Made by a program: the position numbers and the translations under genes. The notes beneath the pieces were generated by a model that ran no database searches, was not told the origin of the DNA, and was given only the letters and a program-made list of their open reading frames with translations. From Oculina patagonica (Eukaryota), in the NCBI RefSeq assembly GCF_052425735.1, contig NC_135769.1:18910001-18974000 (forward strand): a DNA stretch of 64,000 bases, written 5' to 3'. Shown piece after piece: positions 50,401-63,900 of the stretch. How positions within the stretch are numbered: the first letter of the stretch is position 1; each line of letters opens with the position of its first letter.

Positions 50401-53400
50401 AGCAAAAATTGCAAGTTTAAGACTTGACATGTACAGTTTGGGTCTTTTTGAAAATCCGCCATCACGTGGATTCATCTTAATTCTCACTCAAGGTTCAAAA
50501 CAATAGATTAAGAAAAGTGCTACAAGAGGAACTGAAAATGACGATTTTGGGCCCTTTTGTTGAAATACCACCACGAAGATCAAAACTTACTTTCTTCCAG
50601 ATCGAGCAAAACCGGCCAGTTGGAAACTTAAAATGTACAGTTTGGGTCTTTTTGAAAATCCGCCATCACATGGATTCATCCTAATTTTAACATTAAGTCT
50701 AGGACAATGGATTAAGAAACGTTCTACGCAAGCAACTGAAAATGACGATTTTGGTCCTTTGTGTTGAAATTCCACCACGCAGATTAAAACCTATTTTCAC
50801 TCCAGATCCAGCAAAAATTCCAAGTTTACGACTTGAAATTTACAGTTTGAGTCTTTTTGAAAATCCGCAATCACGTTGATTCATCTTAATTCTCACTCAA
50901 GGTCCAAAACAATAGAAGAAAAGTGCTACAAGAGGAACTGAAAATGACGATTTTGGGCCCTTGTGTTGAAATACCACCACGGAGATTAAAACTTATTGTT
51001 ACTCCAGATGCAAGAAAAATTGCAAGTTTAAGACTTGAGATGTACAGCTTGGGTCTTTTTGAAAATCCGCCATCACGGGGAGTCATCCTAATTCTCACTC
51101 AAGGTCCAAAACAATAGACTAAGTAAAGTGCTACAAGAGGAACTGAAAATGACGATTTTGGGCTCTTGTGTTGAAATACCACCACGCAGATTAAAACTTA
51201 TTGTCATCCCAGATCCAGCAAAAATTGCAAGTTTAAGACTTGACATGTACAGTTTGGGTCTTTTTGAAAATCCGCCATCACGTGGATTCATCTTAATTCT
51301 CACTTAAGGTTCAAAACAATAGAAGAAAAGTGCTACAAGAGGAACTGAAAATGACGATTTTGGGCCCTTGTGTTGAAATACCACCACGGAGATTAAAACT
51401 TATTGTTACTCCAGATGCAAGAAAAATTGCAAGTTTAAGACTTGAGATGTACAGCTTGGGTCTTTTTGAAAATCCGCCATCACGGGGAGTCATCCTAATT
51501 CTCACTCAAGGTCCAAAACAATAGACTAAGTAAAGTGCTACAAGAGGAACTGAAAATGACGATTTTGGGCTCTTGTGTTGAAATACCACCACGCAGATTT
51601 AAACTTATTGTCACCCCAGATCCAGATAAAATTCCAAGTTTAAGACTTGAAATTTACAGTTTGGGTCTTTTTTAAAATCCGCCATCACGTTGATTCATCC
51701 TAATTCGCACTCAAGGTCCAAAACAATAGATTAAGAAAAGTACTACAAGAGCAACTGAAAATGACGATTTTGGGCCCTTGTGTTGAAATACCACCACGAA
51801 GATTAAAACTTATTGTCACCCCAGATCCAGATAAAATTCCAAGTTTAAGACTTGAAATGTACAGTTTGGGTTTTTTTGAAAATCCGCCATCACGTAGATT
51901 CATCCTAATTTTAACATTAAGTCTAGGACACTGTATTAAGAAACGTTCTACACAAGCAACTGAAAATGACGATTTTGGTCCTTTGTGTTGAAATTCCACC
52001 ACGCAGATTAAAACCTATTTTCACTCCAGATTCAGGAAAAAAATTCCAAGTTTAAGACTTGAAATTTACAGTTTAGGTCTTTTTGAAAATCCGCCATCAC
52101 GTTGATTCATCCTAATTCCCACTCAAGGTCCAAAACAATAGATTAAGAAAAGTGCTACAAGAGGAACTGAAAATGACGATTGTTTTCAAAATACCACGAA
52201 GAAGATTAAAGCTTATTTCTACTTCAGATCCAGCAAAACCAGCAAGTTTGACACTTGAAATGTACAGTTCGGGTCTTTTGGAAATCCGCCATCTCGTGGA
52301 TTCATCGTAATTTTTACTCCAGGCCCAAAACAATGGATTAAGAAAAGTGCTACAAGAGGAACTCAAAATGACGATTTTGGGCCTTTTGTATTGAAAAACC
52401 ACCACGGACATTAAAGCTTATTTTTACTCCAGAACCAGCTAAACCGGCCAGTTTGAGACTTCAAATGTACGGTTTGGGTCTTTTTGGAATTCCGCCATCA
52501 CGTGGATTCATCTTAATTTTCATTCCAGGTCCAAAACAATGGATTAGGAAAAGTGCTAGACAAACAACTGAAAGGGACGATTTTGGGTCTTTGTGTTGAA
52601 ATTCCACCACGTAGATTAAAACCTATTTTCACTCCAGATCCAGCAAAATCGGCCAGTTTGAGACTGGAAATGTACTGTTTGGGTCTTTTTGGAAATCCGC
52701 CATCACGTTGATGCATCGTAATTTTTACTCCAGGTCCAACACAATCGGTCAAGAAAAGTGCTACAAGAGGAACTGAAAATGACGATTTTGGTCCTTTGTG
52801 TTGAAATACCACCACGCAGATTAAAGCTTTTTTTCACTCCAGATCCAGCAAGACTTGACATGTACAGTTTAAGTCTTTATGGAAATCCGCCATGACGTGG
52901 TTTCATCCTTATTTTCACCTTAGGACCAAAACAGTGGAATAAGAAAAGTGCTACACAAGCAACTTAAAACGACGATTTTGGGCCCTCGTGTTGAAATAGC
53001 ACCGCGAAGATTATGGCTTATTTTCTCTCCAGATCCTGCACAAGCGGCCAGTTTTAGGCTTCCAATGTACAGTTCGGGTCTTTTTGGAAATCCCCATCAC
53101 GTGGATTCATCCTAATTTTTACTCTATGTCCAAAACAATGGATTAACGAAAGTGCCTCAAGAGGAACTGAAAATGACGATTTTGAGCCGATCTGTTGAAA
53201 TACCACTACGAAGATTAAAACTTATTTTCACACTAATTCCAGCAAAATCGGCCAGTTTGACACTTAAAATGTACAGTTTGGGTCTTTTTGGAAATCCACC
53301 ATCATGTGGATTCATCCTATTTTTCACTCCAGGTTCAAAACAATAGATTACGGAAAGTGCCTAAAGAGGAACTGAAAATGACGATTTTGGGCCCTTGCGT

Positions 53401-55560
53401 TGAAACACAGCCACATAGATTAAAGCTTATGTTCTCTTCAGATCTAGGAAAATCGAACGGTTTATGACTTGAAACGTACAGTTAAGTACTGTTTGGAAAT
53501 CCGTTATCACTTGCATTTATCCTAATTTTCTCTCTTGGTCGAAAACAATTGATTAAGAAAAGTGCTACACAATCCATTGAAAATGACGATTTTGGGCTGA
53601 AATACTACCGCGTAGATTAAAGCTTATTTTTACTCCAGATCCAGCGAAACCTGCCAGCTTGAGATTTGAAATGTACAATTTGGGTCTTTTTGGAATTCCG
53701 CCATCACTTTGATGCATCGTAATTTTTACTTCAGGTCCAACACAATGGGTGAAGAAAAGTGCTACAAGAGGAACGATTTTGGGCCCTTGTGTTGAAATAC
53801 CACCACGCAGATTAAAGCCTATTTTCACCCCAGATCCAGCAAAACCTGCCAGTTTGAGACTTGAAATGTACAATTTGACCTTGTTGGACAAAAGCCAACA
53901 CGTGGATTCGGCCTAATGCTCACTCCAGGTGTAAAAGAATCGAATAAGAAAGTGATACATCACGCACTGAAAATGACGATTTTGGGCCGTTGTGTTGAAA
54001 TACCACCGCGTAGATTAAAGGTTATTTTCACCCCAGATCCAGCAAAACCTGCCAGCTTGAGACTTGAAATGTACAGTTTGGGCCTTGTTGGAATAACGCC
54101 AACACGTGGATTTGGCCTAATGCTCACTCCAGGTCCAAAAGAATCGAAAAGAAAGTGCTACATGAGGCACTGGAAATGACGATTTTGGCCCCTTGTGTTG
54201 AATTACCACCACGTACAGTAAAGGTTATTCTCATTCCCGATCCAGAAAATCTGCCAGTTTGAGACTTGAAATGTGTCAGTTTGAGCCATGTTGGAAAAAC
54301 GCCATTACGTGGATTTGGCCTAATATTGAGCCTTGAAATGTACAATTTGGGCCCTTTTGGAAAAATGCCAACACGTGGATTCAACCTAATGTTCACTCCA
54401 GGTCCAAAAGAATCGAATAAGGAAGTGATACATCAGGCACTGAAAATGCCGACGATTTTGGGCCTTTGTGATGGAATACCTCTACGTTGATTAAAGCTTT
54501 TTTTCCCTCCAGATCCAGCAAAACTGGCTGCCAGTTCAAGACTTGAAATGTACAGTTTGGGCCTTGTTGGAAAAACGATAAAAAGTGGATTCGGCCTAAT
54601 GCTCACTTCAAGTCCAAAAAAATCGAATAAGAAAGTGATACATCAGGCACTGAAAATGACAATTTTGGGCCGTTGTGTTGAAATACCACCGCGTAGATTA
54701 AAGCGTTTTTTTTATTATTCCAGATCCAGCGAAACCTGCCAGCTTGAGACTTGAAATGTACAGTTTGGGCCTTGTTGGAAAAACGCCAACACGTGGATTC
54801 GGCCTAATGCTCACTCCAGGTCCAAAAGAATCGAACAAGAAAGTGCTACACGAGGCACTGAAAATGACGATTTTTGGCTTTTGTGTTAAAATACCACCAC
54901 GTGCACTAAACTAAAAGCTTACTCTTACTCCAGATCCAGCGAAACCTGCCAGTTTGAGACTTGAAAATGTACCGTTTGGGCCTTTTTGAAAATCTGCCAA
55001 CACGTGGATTTAGGCTTATGTTCTCTCCAGGTCCAAACGAATTGAATAAGAAAGTGCTACACGAGGCACTGAAAATGACGATTTTGGGCCGTTGTGTTGA
55101 AATGCCATCGCGTAGAATAAAGCTCAGCCTAATGTTCACTGTAGTTAAAAAAGATTCGAATACGAAAGTGATAAATGAGGGACTAAAAATGACGATTTTT
55201 GGCCCTTGAGTTGAAATACAATTACGTAGAATAAAGCTAATTTTCACTCCAGATCCAGCAAAATCCGGCAATTTGAGACTTGAAATGTACAGTTCCGGCC
55301 TTTTGAAAAAATGCCAACACGTGGATTCAGTCTATTGTTCATTCCAGGTCGAAAGAATCGAATAAGAAAGTGATAAATGAGGGACTGAAAATGACGATTT
55401 TGTGTTAAAATACCACTACGTAGATTAATGCTTGTTTTCACTCTAGATCCAGCAAAACCTTCCAGTTTGTAGATTTTTGGCCTGTTTTTGGCCGTGGATT
55501 CAGCCTAATGTTCTCTCCAGGACCAAATGAATCGAAGATCTAAAATGATCATGTTTGGCG
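47415..55560. repeat. Tandem satellite, ~205-bp monomer, roughly 40 diverged copies
   Basis: Recurrent ctgaaaatgacgattttgggcccttgtgttgaaataccaccacg at ~203-207 bp spacing (e.g. unit starts 50107, 50312, 50517). Confidence 0.95.
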
Positions 55561-56432
55561 CAATGTTGTTATAGTAAGCGTTTGAGAAAGCCACCGCGTA
55601 AAGTAAGAAGTATGTATTGTTTGATCACACCTTTTCATTATTTTATTCCATCCCATATCTTCATTCATCACTTTTACCATACGCACTATCTCATCCTTTG
55701 TTTACAAAGATGTTGAAAATAAGACCCATTAGCTTTAATCACATCGATCTCATTTGCACCGTTTCCTACAATAGACCTCCTGTGTTGTGCTTCCGCGTGC
55801 AACAAAGGAATTAGGAGACGTCTGCGCGCAGGCTTTGCTGTGTGGTACATGTTCATGCAGACAAACTGATCCCCACAGAAAACTTTTTCTTCGCGCAGTT
55901 AAAACTGGTTTTCACTAGCGACGCAAGCACGAGAAAACGACAAGGATCAAATTGCAATGCGCTTGTGCTAATGCTTGTGTCGAAACCGTTTCCACGGTGC
56001 CTGTGCTTGCATCGCTAGTGAAAACCAGGGTTTATATTCTCTGTACGTGGATCGCTACTGCGTAAAATACAAAGAGTAATTATAAAGCGCGAAAATCCAT
56101 TCCTTAAATGCGATGTCATTTATGGACCGTCAACGGAGTACGTTTTGTGTGTTTTTCTTAGAAGCAGGTCTTTTAAGGTCTATACATAAGAACAGGTATA
56201 TTTTAACCTGATTCTTGGTTGAGATCGTAAGGTTGCTTAATGAGTGTACAGTGGGACCTCGATTTTACGAACCTCTATATAACGAAGTTCTTGATATAAC
56301 GAACGATATTCTTCGCCCCAGTTATAGTAAAACATATGGAAAATAACCTCGATATAACGACACCTAAAGCTGAATCTGAAGTTTTCCTAAAAACGTGAAT
56401 AAACACTTTTAAACTATAAAGCTGAGTATGTT

Positions 56433-59400
56433 TTATCCTAGCACATTTTCTGCAAGCTCTATTTTTTCTTGAAGTTCTTGTGAATTTGTTAAAATTCTTT
56501 CAATTTCCTCCACACTCATTTCCAAGAGCATCCCTGTGATTTTATCAGCATTCTCAGGATGCGATTCCTCGACCTTTTCGTACAGTTTCCCTCCTAATTC
56601 GTCTTTGGTGATGTCTTCTTTCTTGTGCTGTTCAGCTAGTTCCCTGTGAAACGAAAAAGGAAATAATTTTTTTCTTCAATCAAAACCAGTAGTGGATCTA
56701 AAAAGCAGGAAAATCCTGGGCTTCTTCTTGTCCAAAAGGTTTTTTTAATGGGCTTATTTGAGGTGGTCTTTATTCAGGGAGCACGTTATTGGAAGGATTT
56801 TGTGCTTTAAAGATGGTAAAACTTATATCTGGTAAAGATTTTGCATCTTAAATATATAAGGATGGTTACACTCTCTTAACACAACTGTACAATATTTTAC
56901 CCTAAATGTGACACAGCGTCAAGTGTGAAAGAAGCCCTACAGTAGGGGTGGGGGTGCTGGTGGGAGGGGGATTTATTAGAAAAAATGATATGATGCTTTT
57001 TGATAGGATTACATTCAAATGGGGATGGGGAGGGGCAGTAGGTACTTATCCTGACAGTAAATGCCCATCCAGGCATCCTTTTTTATTTGGAATACAACCT
57101 ACACAGCATAACTTTTTGACACTGGGAACAAAAAATTATAGCTGTTTTGCATTATGAAAGTTATTCTACGGCCATTTTCATTGTAAACAATAACTTAGAT
57201 TTAGTCAGGGGAACAAGTACCAGTTCATGACAAATTCTGATCTGAGAGACTGGACTGCACCTGCAGTTTTTGTTGTCAAAGTTGCTAAGCAACTGGTCAT
57301 GCAATGACTGGTATGACACCTTTCAGAGTACTCTGAAGTACTCACGTTATTATACTAGCACTTGTTCCCACGACTGGATTAGCAGCTGTTTACCTGTGTG
57401 GGACAGTTTGTTCAGTTCTATGTAACGTGGCTAATGCTCCTTCAAGTTTCTCCTTCAACAGTTGCTCATTGATAACCAAATTTTCAAGCACTGTGCAGTC
57501 AATATCCATCAACATTCCCGTTAATTTTCCAGCCTCACCTGGATACCACTTATCTATAATACTATAAAGCTGCTCTGCTAGAGTGTGTTTCATTTGATAG
57601 TCTGATAACATTGTACTTCCAGACTCCTGAACAGAATTACTAGTTGAAGCTAAACTATGGGGAATTCCTTTGTCAATATTTGTGTTACTAAGGACATTGG
57701 CTGCGTGCGAAGCTTTCTCTTTCAATGCTGCAGAATCCTTTACCAACAGGTTCAGAGTAATTACATCAAGTTCTAGTAGCATCCCTGTGATTTTATCTGC
57801 TTGATCAGGATACCACTCACTAATCATATCATATAGCTGTTCCCCAAGAAGTGTTTTCTCTTTCTGCTCAACAGTGGAAGATTCAGTTTCTGGTTTAACG
57901 TTGAGTGCTGTCAAGGCCTGATTTACTTTTTCTTCAAGAGCAGCCTGATTTTTAACAAGTTGTTCTAAATCTTGAAGGTCCATTTCAAGAAGCATTCCTG
58001 TTATCTTGTCAGCTTGATCAGAATCAATTGCACAAACCAGTTCATAGAGCTCTTCTCCGATAGATGTTTTATCGCAAGCTTGTTTTGATACAGTTGATTC
58101 ACTGTACCCATTTTGCATCTGTCCAGAATTATTTTGCAACACTGACAATACTGCTTCAACTTTTTTTTCTAACAAGTCTGCGTCTTCGATCAGGTGTTCC
58201 AAACTTTGATTGTCCATTTCTAACAAGATTCCTGTCAATTTTTCTGCATCATTTGGATGTCGATTTTCAATTAAGGAGTATATCTTTTCACCTAAAGCTT
58301 GCTTTGTTTCAAGGTTACCATGGTCCATGGTGGAATTTCCAGATGGGGAAAAATTGCTACTCTCAAATTGTTTACTCTTGTCATATTTGGTTGAAGGCAA
58401 TTCTTGTAACTGCAGACTTCCATTGCTGTGTTGTCCAGTGTCATTACTTTTGGCCTGTTCTACCCTGCAGATACAGTAAAAGTAGTAGTGTACAAAATAA
58501 TTATTATCAAAAAATAATGATATCTTTAATCTTGGGTGTTACTTGTTGGTTTTTGCAGAAACCACTGTTGATTGTGGCCTGGGGAAAGGGGGGAGGGGGT
58601 ACTCTCTATGATGGCCTATACAGGGAGGCTCCACCCCAAAGGGGTACCTTTTTCATGCTTCAGTTATGTGAAAGGGTAGGGATTTCACAAGTTTTATAGG
58701 TATATTTAGGGTAGGGATATTGGTCATTTAGGTATTGAAAAACACTACATAAAAAAGGCATCAAGACTTTCTGTTTAAGGCATATGTCATGTCATTTTGG
58801 TACATGAAAGGGGTACCTTTTCTCAGTAAAAGGTATATGGAAGGGGTGCCATTTCTGTAGAAAAGGTATATAAAAGGGTAAGGGGTTGGACCTCGGGGCA
58901 GAGCCTTCTCATACAAAACTATTTTGAGTAGCCCCCCCCCCCACCTCCCCTGGCGATTATAGCTATTGTGTTGGAGTGAGTTTTTTTTATTATCCCCAGA
59001 ATCTTATCATTTATCATGGTGTCATTGACAATACCTTTTATAGCAACAGCAGTGAAACAAATTTGCCTTTTATTATTTTCTACAGTAGAAGATCAGAAAA
59101 ATCATGTTTGGTTTAAAATAGTTTTTCCAAAAACATATCTTTTCCAACAATTGAACAAATTTCAACAAAATTATTTAAACAAACGTTTTTGTCATATAAC
59201 ACCTGCAAGTCATTTCATTCTTAGGCCATCCCAATAAAATGTTTCGTTTCCCATCGCCCCGTCTTTTGTGATGGGTCGGTCGGTCGGGCAAAAAAAAAGA
59301 AAAAAGAAAAAACACTTGGGTTCCAGAGAAGGCCGGGCTGCTAAGTAAGAAAGCCTGATTACAAAGTCAACTCGAAAACGTGGTCTTTTCGTTCGTTATT

Positions 59401-59544
59401 CCTTATCAAATGTCTAAACAGTCTTTAAATAACGTAGTATCGATGTTTATTAAAGACAAAGACATCATATACCAATCGTTGTTAATAAAACAAGATCGTG
59501 TGCTTGTAAATTGAAGTACTTGCTTCTTTAACTAGCAAATCTGG

Positions 59545-59584
<40 letters not shown>

Positions 59585-60618
59585 CGAAAAAAATGGGTCG
59601 GTCGGGCGATGGGAAACGAAACATTTTATTGGGATGGCCTTATCTCTTGCCAAAAATATTTTTCAGTAATGTTATCTTTAATCACTGTAATAAGAAAGCC
59701 TAATGTAATAAGCTTTATGGTTACTCTTGAGGCTCCCTTTCCACCTCCTATAACTATTTTCATGCTTTATGAAGTAAATAAAATAAAATAGAAAAGTGAA
59801 TAATATTATCCTTATGTTTTTTTTTGGTTTATGATTGAAAGTTGCTAAACTATGATCAATACAATATTTCATCAAGGGGCAATAAATTTACTTTATTATC
59901 ATTTATTTAAAATAAAATTTATGACAGACAAAAGGGCACCATATCTTTAAATCCTCTCCATAAAATGGGATTCTTTTTATGTTTCAAGGGATAATAAGAA
60001 ATATTGAAAACAAAAGAGAATGTATTTATTTTAATATTCCTATTCAATGATGGAAGAAAAAAATATTGGTTATTGTATGTAATCTTGAATCTTCAAGAAG
60101 TCAAACAAAATTTTTATTTAATGCTGTTATTTGGTCCAATATAAACCATAAAAAGAGAAATAGCAAGAAAATAATAACAATAATCACAGTTCATTCAAGG
60201 ACAGGTAATAATTTATGGGAAATAAAGCTTAAATTTTAATACCAGGTGACACAAACAAAACCGAACAAGGATTTTACCAGCAGCTGAGGGGAAATCAGTC
60301 ACGCGATCACGAAAATCTTTTAAAATCAATTGACGTTTACGTTGAAAGTGGAAAACGAGATTCCTTTTACGAAGCAGTAATATCTCACCTTTCAGGGACA
60401 TCCGAAGAAGACATGTTTTCCGCAGCTTGGTGAATTCTAGCATGGAGTTCTTCTTGATTTGTTGTGATTAGAAGTCGTTCTAATTCCAGATGCTCTAACT
60501 CTAGTAACATACCGGTAATATTTGCACACATTTCTGGATAGATTTGCTGTACTATTTCGTATATTTTTTCTCCAAATTCGGCTTCATTCTTGTCGCGTTC
60601 GCTCTGTGAATTTCCCAT
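56433..60618 (-). CDS. Stand-alone tandem MLLE (PABC) domain protein with six MLLE repeats and an N-terminal myristoylation-like motif, 503 aa; complement(join(56433..56643,57394..58464,60389..60618))
   Basis: Both introns phase 2 and GT-AG, total 1512 nt ending in TAA; six repeats of LGE.LY..I....P..A.KITGMLLE-like sequence; starts MGNSQS; no RRM or HECT domain. Confidence 0.85.
59224..59639. mobile_element. PIF/Harbinger-type MITE in intron 1 of the MLLE gene
   Basis: tta|ggccatcccaataaaatgtttcgtttcccatcgccc ... gggcgatgggaaacgaaacattttattgggatggcc|tta; 3-bp TTA TSD. Confidence 0.85.
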
Positions 60619-60931
60619 CTTCTTGTGCACTGAAACAAATTTACAAAGCAGTACTCTTCTAGGGTGGGGTGAGTACCGTCCTCGCTGATATTTATCTTTT
60701 AGTAATCTTTAATTGTATTCTTTCGCAGAAAAGTATATTTCGATATGTTTTTTTGGGAAATTATTTTAAAAAAATTCTTTTTCTGTATAAAAACCTCGTA
60801 TTTTTCATAATTTTTTTATCGTATATTTATGCAAATTATTTTCTCCCTCCCCTACTCAGTTGTTATTTTTGCTTGAACCTAGGTCTCTTCTGCGCCTTGG
60901 ACAAATCGACGATTGATCTTGGGTTTCAAAT

Positions 60932-63900
60932 ATGGCGCGGGAAGAATCCGAGGTAGTTACACATTTTTTCCAGCTCTTTTTCTCTTACCTTGACGACAAT
61001 TCGACGTTATTAACACATTTTCAAACAACAAGTCACTTTGACTCAAACTTAACAATCATTTGTAATTTCAGGAGCGATATTTGGAAGAGATGCCAGCTTG
61101 TTTGCGTGAGCTGTTTGAGCAAACAAGCTCTGAGCAACTAAAATGCTTTGCAAACAACGCTCATTCTTCGACGAAATCTTTCAAATCGATATTGTCATTC
61201 AACGGCATGGAATTTCCACCACCTCTGGTAAGATCTATGTTACTTCAAATGTAATACATCGTGTTGACGTTCAGTAAAAGTAAGCTTAAAAACTTAGCTT
61301 AATTCTGTTGACATTATGAGTTTTTCGCGTCATCACCAATTTGGGCATGTAAATAAAGGTGTCCTTGGTGAATTTCTAAGGCTTTTGTGCTTTTTTGCAT
61401 TGATTATTGATGTCAACTCACGCCAGGAGTCATGTTGGCTGAAGAAGTTTAGTTTATCGTTTTCAGCTCTTGGCTTTCGCTTTAGCGATGTACCTTTTTT
61501 CAAGTGGTGAATCACACTTTTTACAAAGTATACTGTATACACAAGCATTATTCTTTGTTTTTAAATTTAAAGTAAGCCTTTATAATCTATTGCAAAGCTG
61601 TTGACACCTTGTTTTTGACAATCGTGATCATGTTGGTACATGACATGCACAAGCACGGTTTGTACTGCAAACAATATATTTTCTGCATTTTACTGCAATT
61701 TTGCTAGCTGTGAAATCATTTCTGAGTCAATAGTAAGATTGATGTACTTTTCTTCACTTGTTAATTAGGGTTATTGTCCATTATATAATTGGTCCCATGG
61801 GACAATCAGAACATTACCTCCTGTACATTATTTTGTTGTACTGTTGCCGTGAAAAAGATTGCCACAGCTTCAACCTATTAAATTATTATTCCAAAGAGTT
61901 ATCAACTCTATCTAGCCTACATAGCAGCGTCTGAGTAGTGTTGCACCCATATTTGGTACATGCGAAAAGCGAAAATTGGCCATGCGAGGGAAAAGTAAAG
62001 TGTCACTTTTCCCCTCACGTGGCAGTCTCGTGCCTTTCGCATTTCCCAAACGCGCGCTCAAAAACTACAGGCTTTATCAACTCTAAGTTCTCTTATGTTA
62101 TCAATACACTATTAGCAGACAAATGACAATAACAGAGAAATTGAGAAATTTAACATATTTGGAAATCTTTGGGTCAGACAGTGGGGATGGACTTTAAGAT
62201 CAAAGTACAGATATCAGATTGAGTTCGAGCACGACTTTTCAAAGTTAGTGTTGATAGTCTCCTATTAGACTGGTCGGCAACAGAGAGGACGGACGGCTTT
62301 GGCTACCTAACTGCCTTGAAATCTGAAAGTCATTCTCGTACTCTGTAAAATATATAGTTGATGAATGATATGTTGATCACAGTTACTGTTTTAAAATTTA
62401 TTGTGCCTTCCTATGTAGCTCACCGAGGATGAAAGGGCAGAGATGCGTCAGTACAGAAGAGAGGCAGTCAAATGTGAAGCCAAAATGTTTGAAAGGAGAC
62501 GAGAGAGGTACTCAGACCTACTCTTACAAGTCATGTTAGTGATGGATAGAGTTCAGGTGAGGAGACTACTAATAAAAATGTAAAATCAACAGGCCTGCAG
62601 TACAGTCTTACACCTGAAATGTTCATTTCTACTTCATGAAGTATGAAAGATCTACACCTGTATGTATGGGAAACAAGTTTATTGCAAGAATACTACCAGA
62701 TAATGCACAGTGTGCTCTCATATTTTCATCTTTTGGGACTAATTTCTTTAACAGGTTAAAAGGTTAGAACCACATAACTAACCTGTGTGCACGCCAGACG
62801 TCTCCCATTTTCTAGTTTGCTTCACTTGAAAAAGCAAAGGAAATAGGAGAACGTAGACCTGCACACAAGCTACCACATAACTTGACTTAGAATTTCAGTC
62901 TACATGCAGTGCTCGACACCAACTTTTTTGGATACAAGGCAATTGGCTAGTAGGTACAAATAATCACTAGCCCACAAGGACAAGTCACTAGCCCCACCCG
63001 CCCCCCCCCCCCTTTTAAAAAAAATAAAAACAGCCAAGTTTGAATCAGCTAATCTCTTAGCACTATATTTGTTTGAGTCCACACAAGTACATCTTTCCTT
63101 CACTGAGACGCAGCAACGATGCTATCATCCAACTCGGTTGAGAATTTCTTGACCGTGGATCACACTTCTTTTTCTCTTCATGCTGTGTGTGGTCCTCTGG
63201 TGAACAATGTAAATCTGGCTCACGATTATCAGCCCTTAAAGGCGGTTTTCTTGTAGGTAAAGTGTTACAAAAGCTTGAAATCATGCTCGCGTGGTCGCTC
63301 GCGCGAAAATCCCAAGATGGCCGACTTATTATGGCTCTCTCCCAGGTCCCTTTTGGGTGTCATGGAAGCGAGGACAGAGGGTCTTTTCCAAGATGGCGTC
63401 AGGTTTGCGAGTTGATCGTACGATATAAATCCGTATGCGATGTGGTTTAAATTACTCAAGCTATGGAAACTACATCCTGATGAAGGTTTCTGGGATAAAA
63501 ACTTCCCAAGTTATAGAGTTGTAGTTGATTTATTTTTCCACGAATCTTACTAGTCTATGGGCTAGTAGGAGAGTACTTTTACTAGCCAAGCATGAAATTT
63601 TACTAGTCCTGGGCTAGTGTACTAGCGTTAGTGTCGAGCACTGACATGCTACAGTTATTGGTTGCTTACACAATAACAGATATTTGTGAGGTACTATTGG
63701 GGAGGTGGGGAGGGGAGGAGAGGGAGCATGCATGACTGACCAGCTAAAGTTGAACTATATATCAATTGTCCCTGCAAAATATGATGCAAAGTGTAGTCAG
63801 AAAAAGTGTTGTTACTATGTGAAATTATTTGTATTTAATTTTATGTGTAAAGATTTTTATCGCACCTGTCCACTTGACAGTCTTAAAATATTTGCTTTTA

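Noticed and set aside
47422-55441. Many similar 60-170 aa ORFs (LKMTILGPCVEIPPRRLKL...) suggesting a repeat-protein family or a CRISPR-like array
   Set aside because: They are translations of the satellite on both strands with frequent stops and frameshifts; there are no unique spacers and no cas genes in this eukaryotic context
57390-58400. Calling the MLLE ORF PABPC or UBR5
   Set aside because: No RRM or HECT sequence in the spliced product or nearby; six tandem MLLE domains match neither gene
58064-58699. 211-aa plus-strand ORF
   Set aside because: Antisense shadow of the MLLE exon running into intronic repeat sequence; no recognisable motif
63468-63530. Possible hammerhead at CTGATGAAGG (63477) with aactaca/tgtagtt flanks
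   Set aside because: No GAAA after a closed stem II; at most a decayed relic
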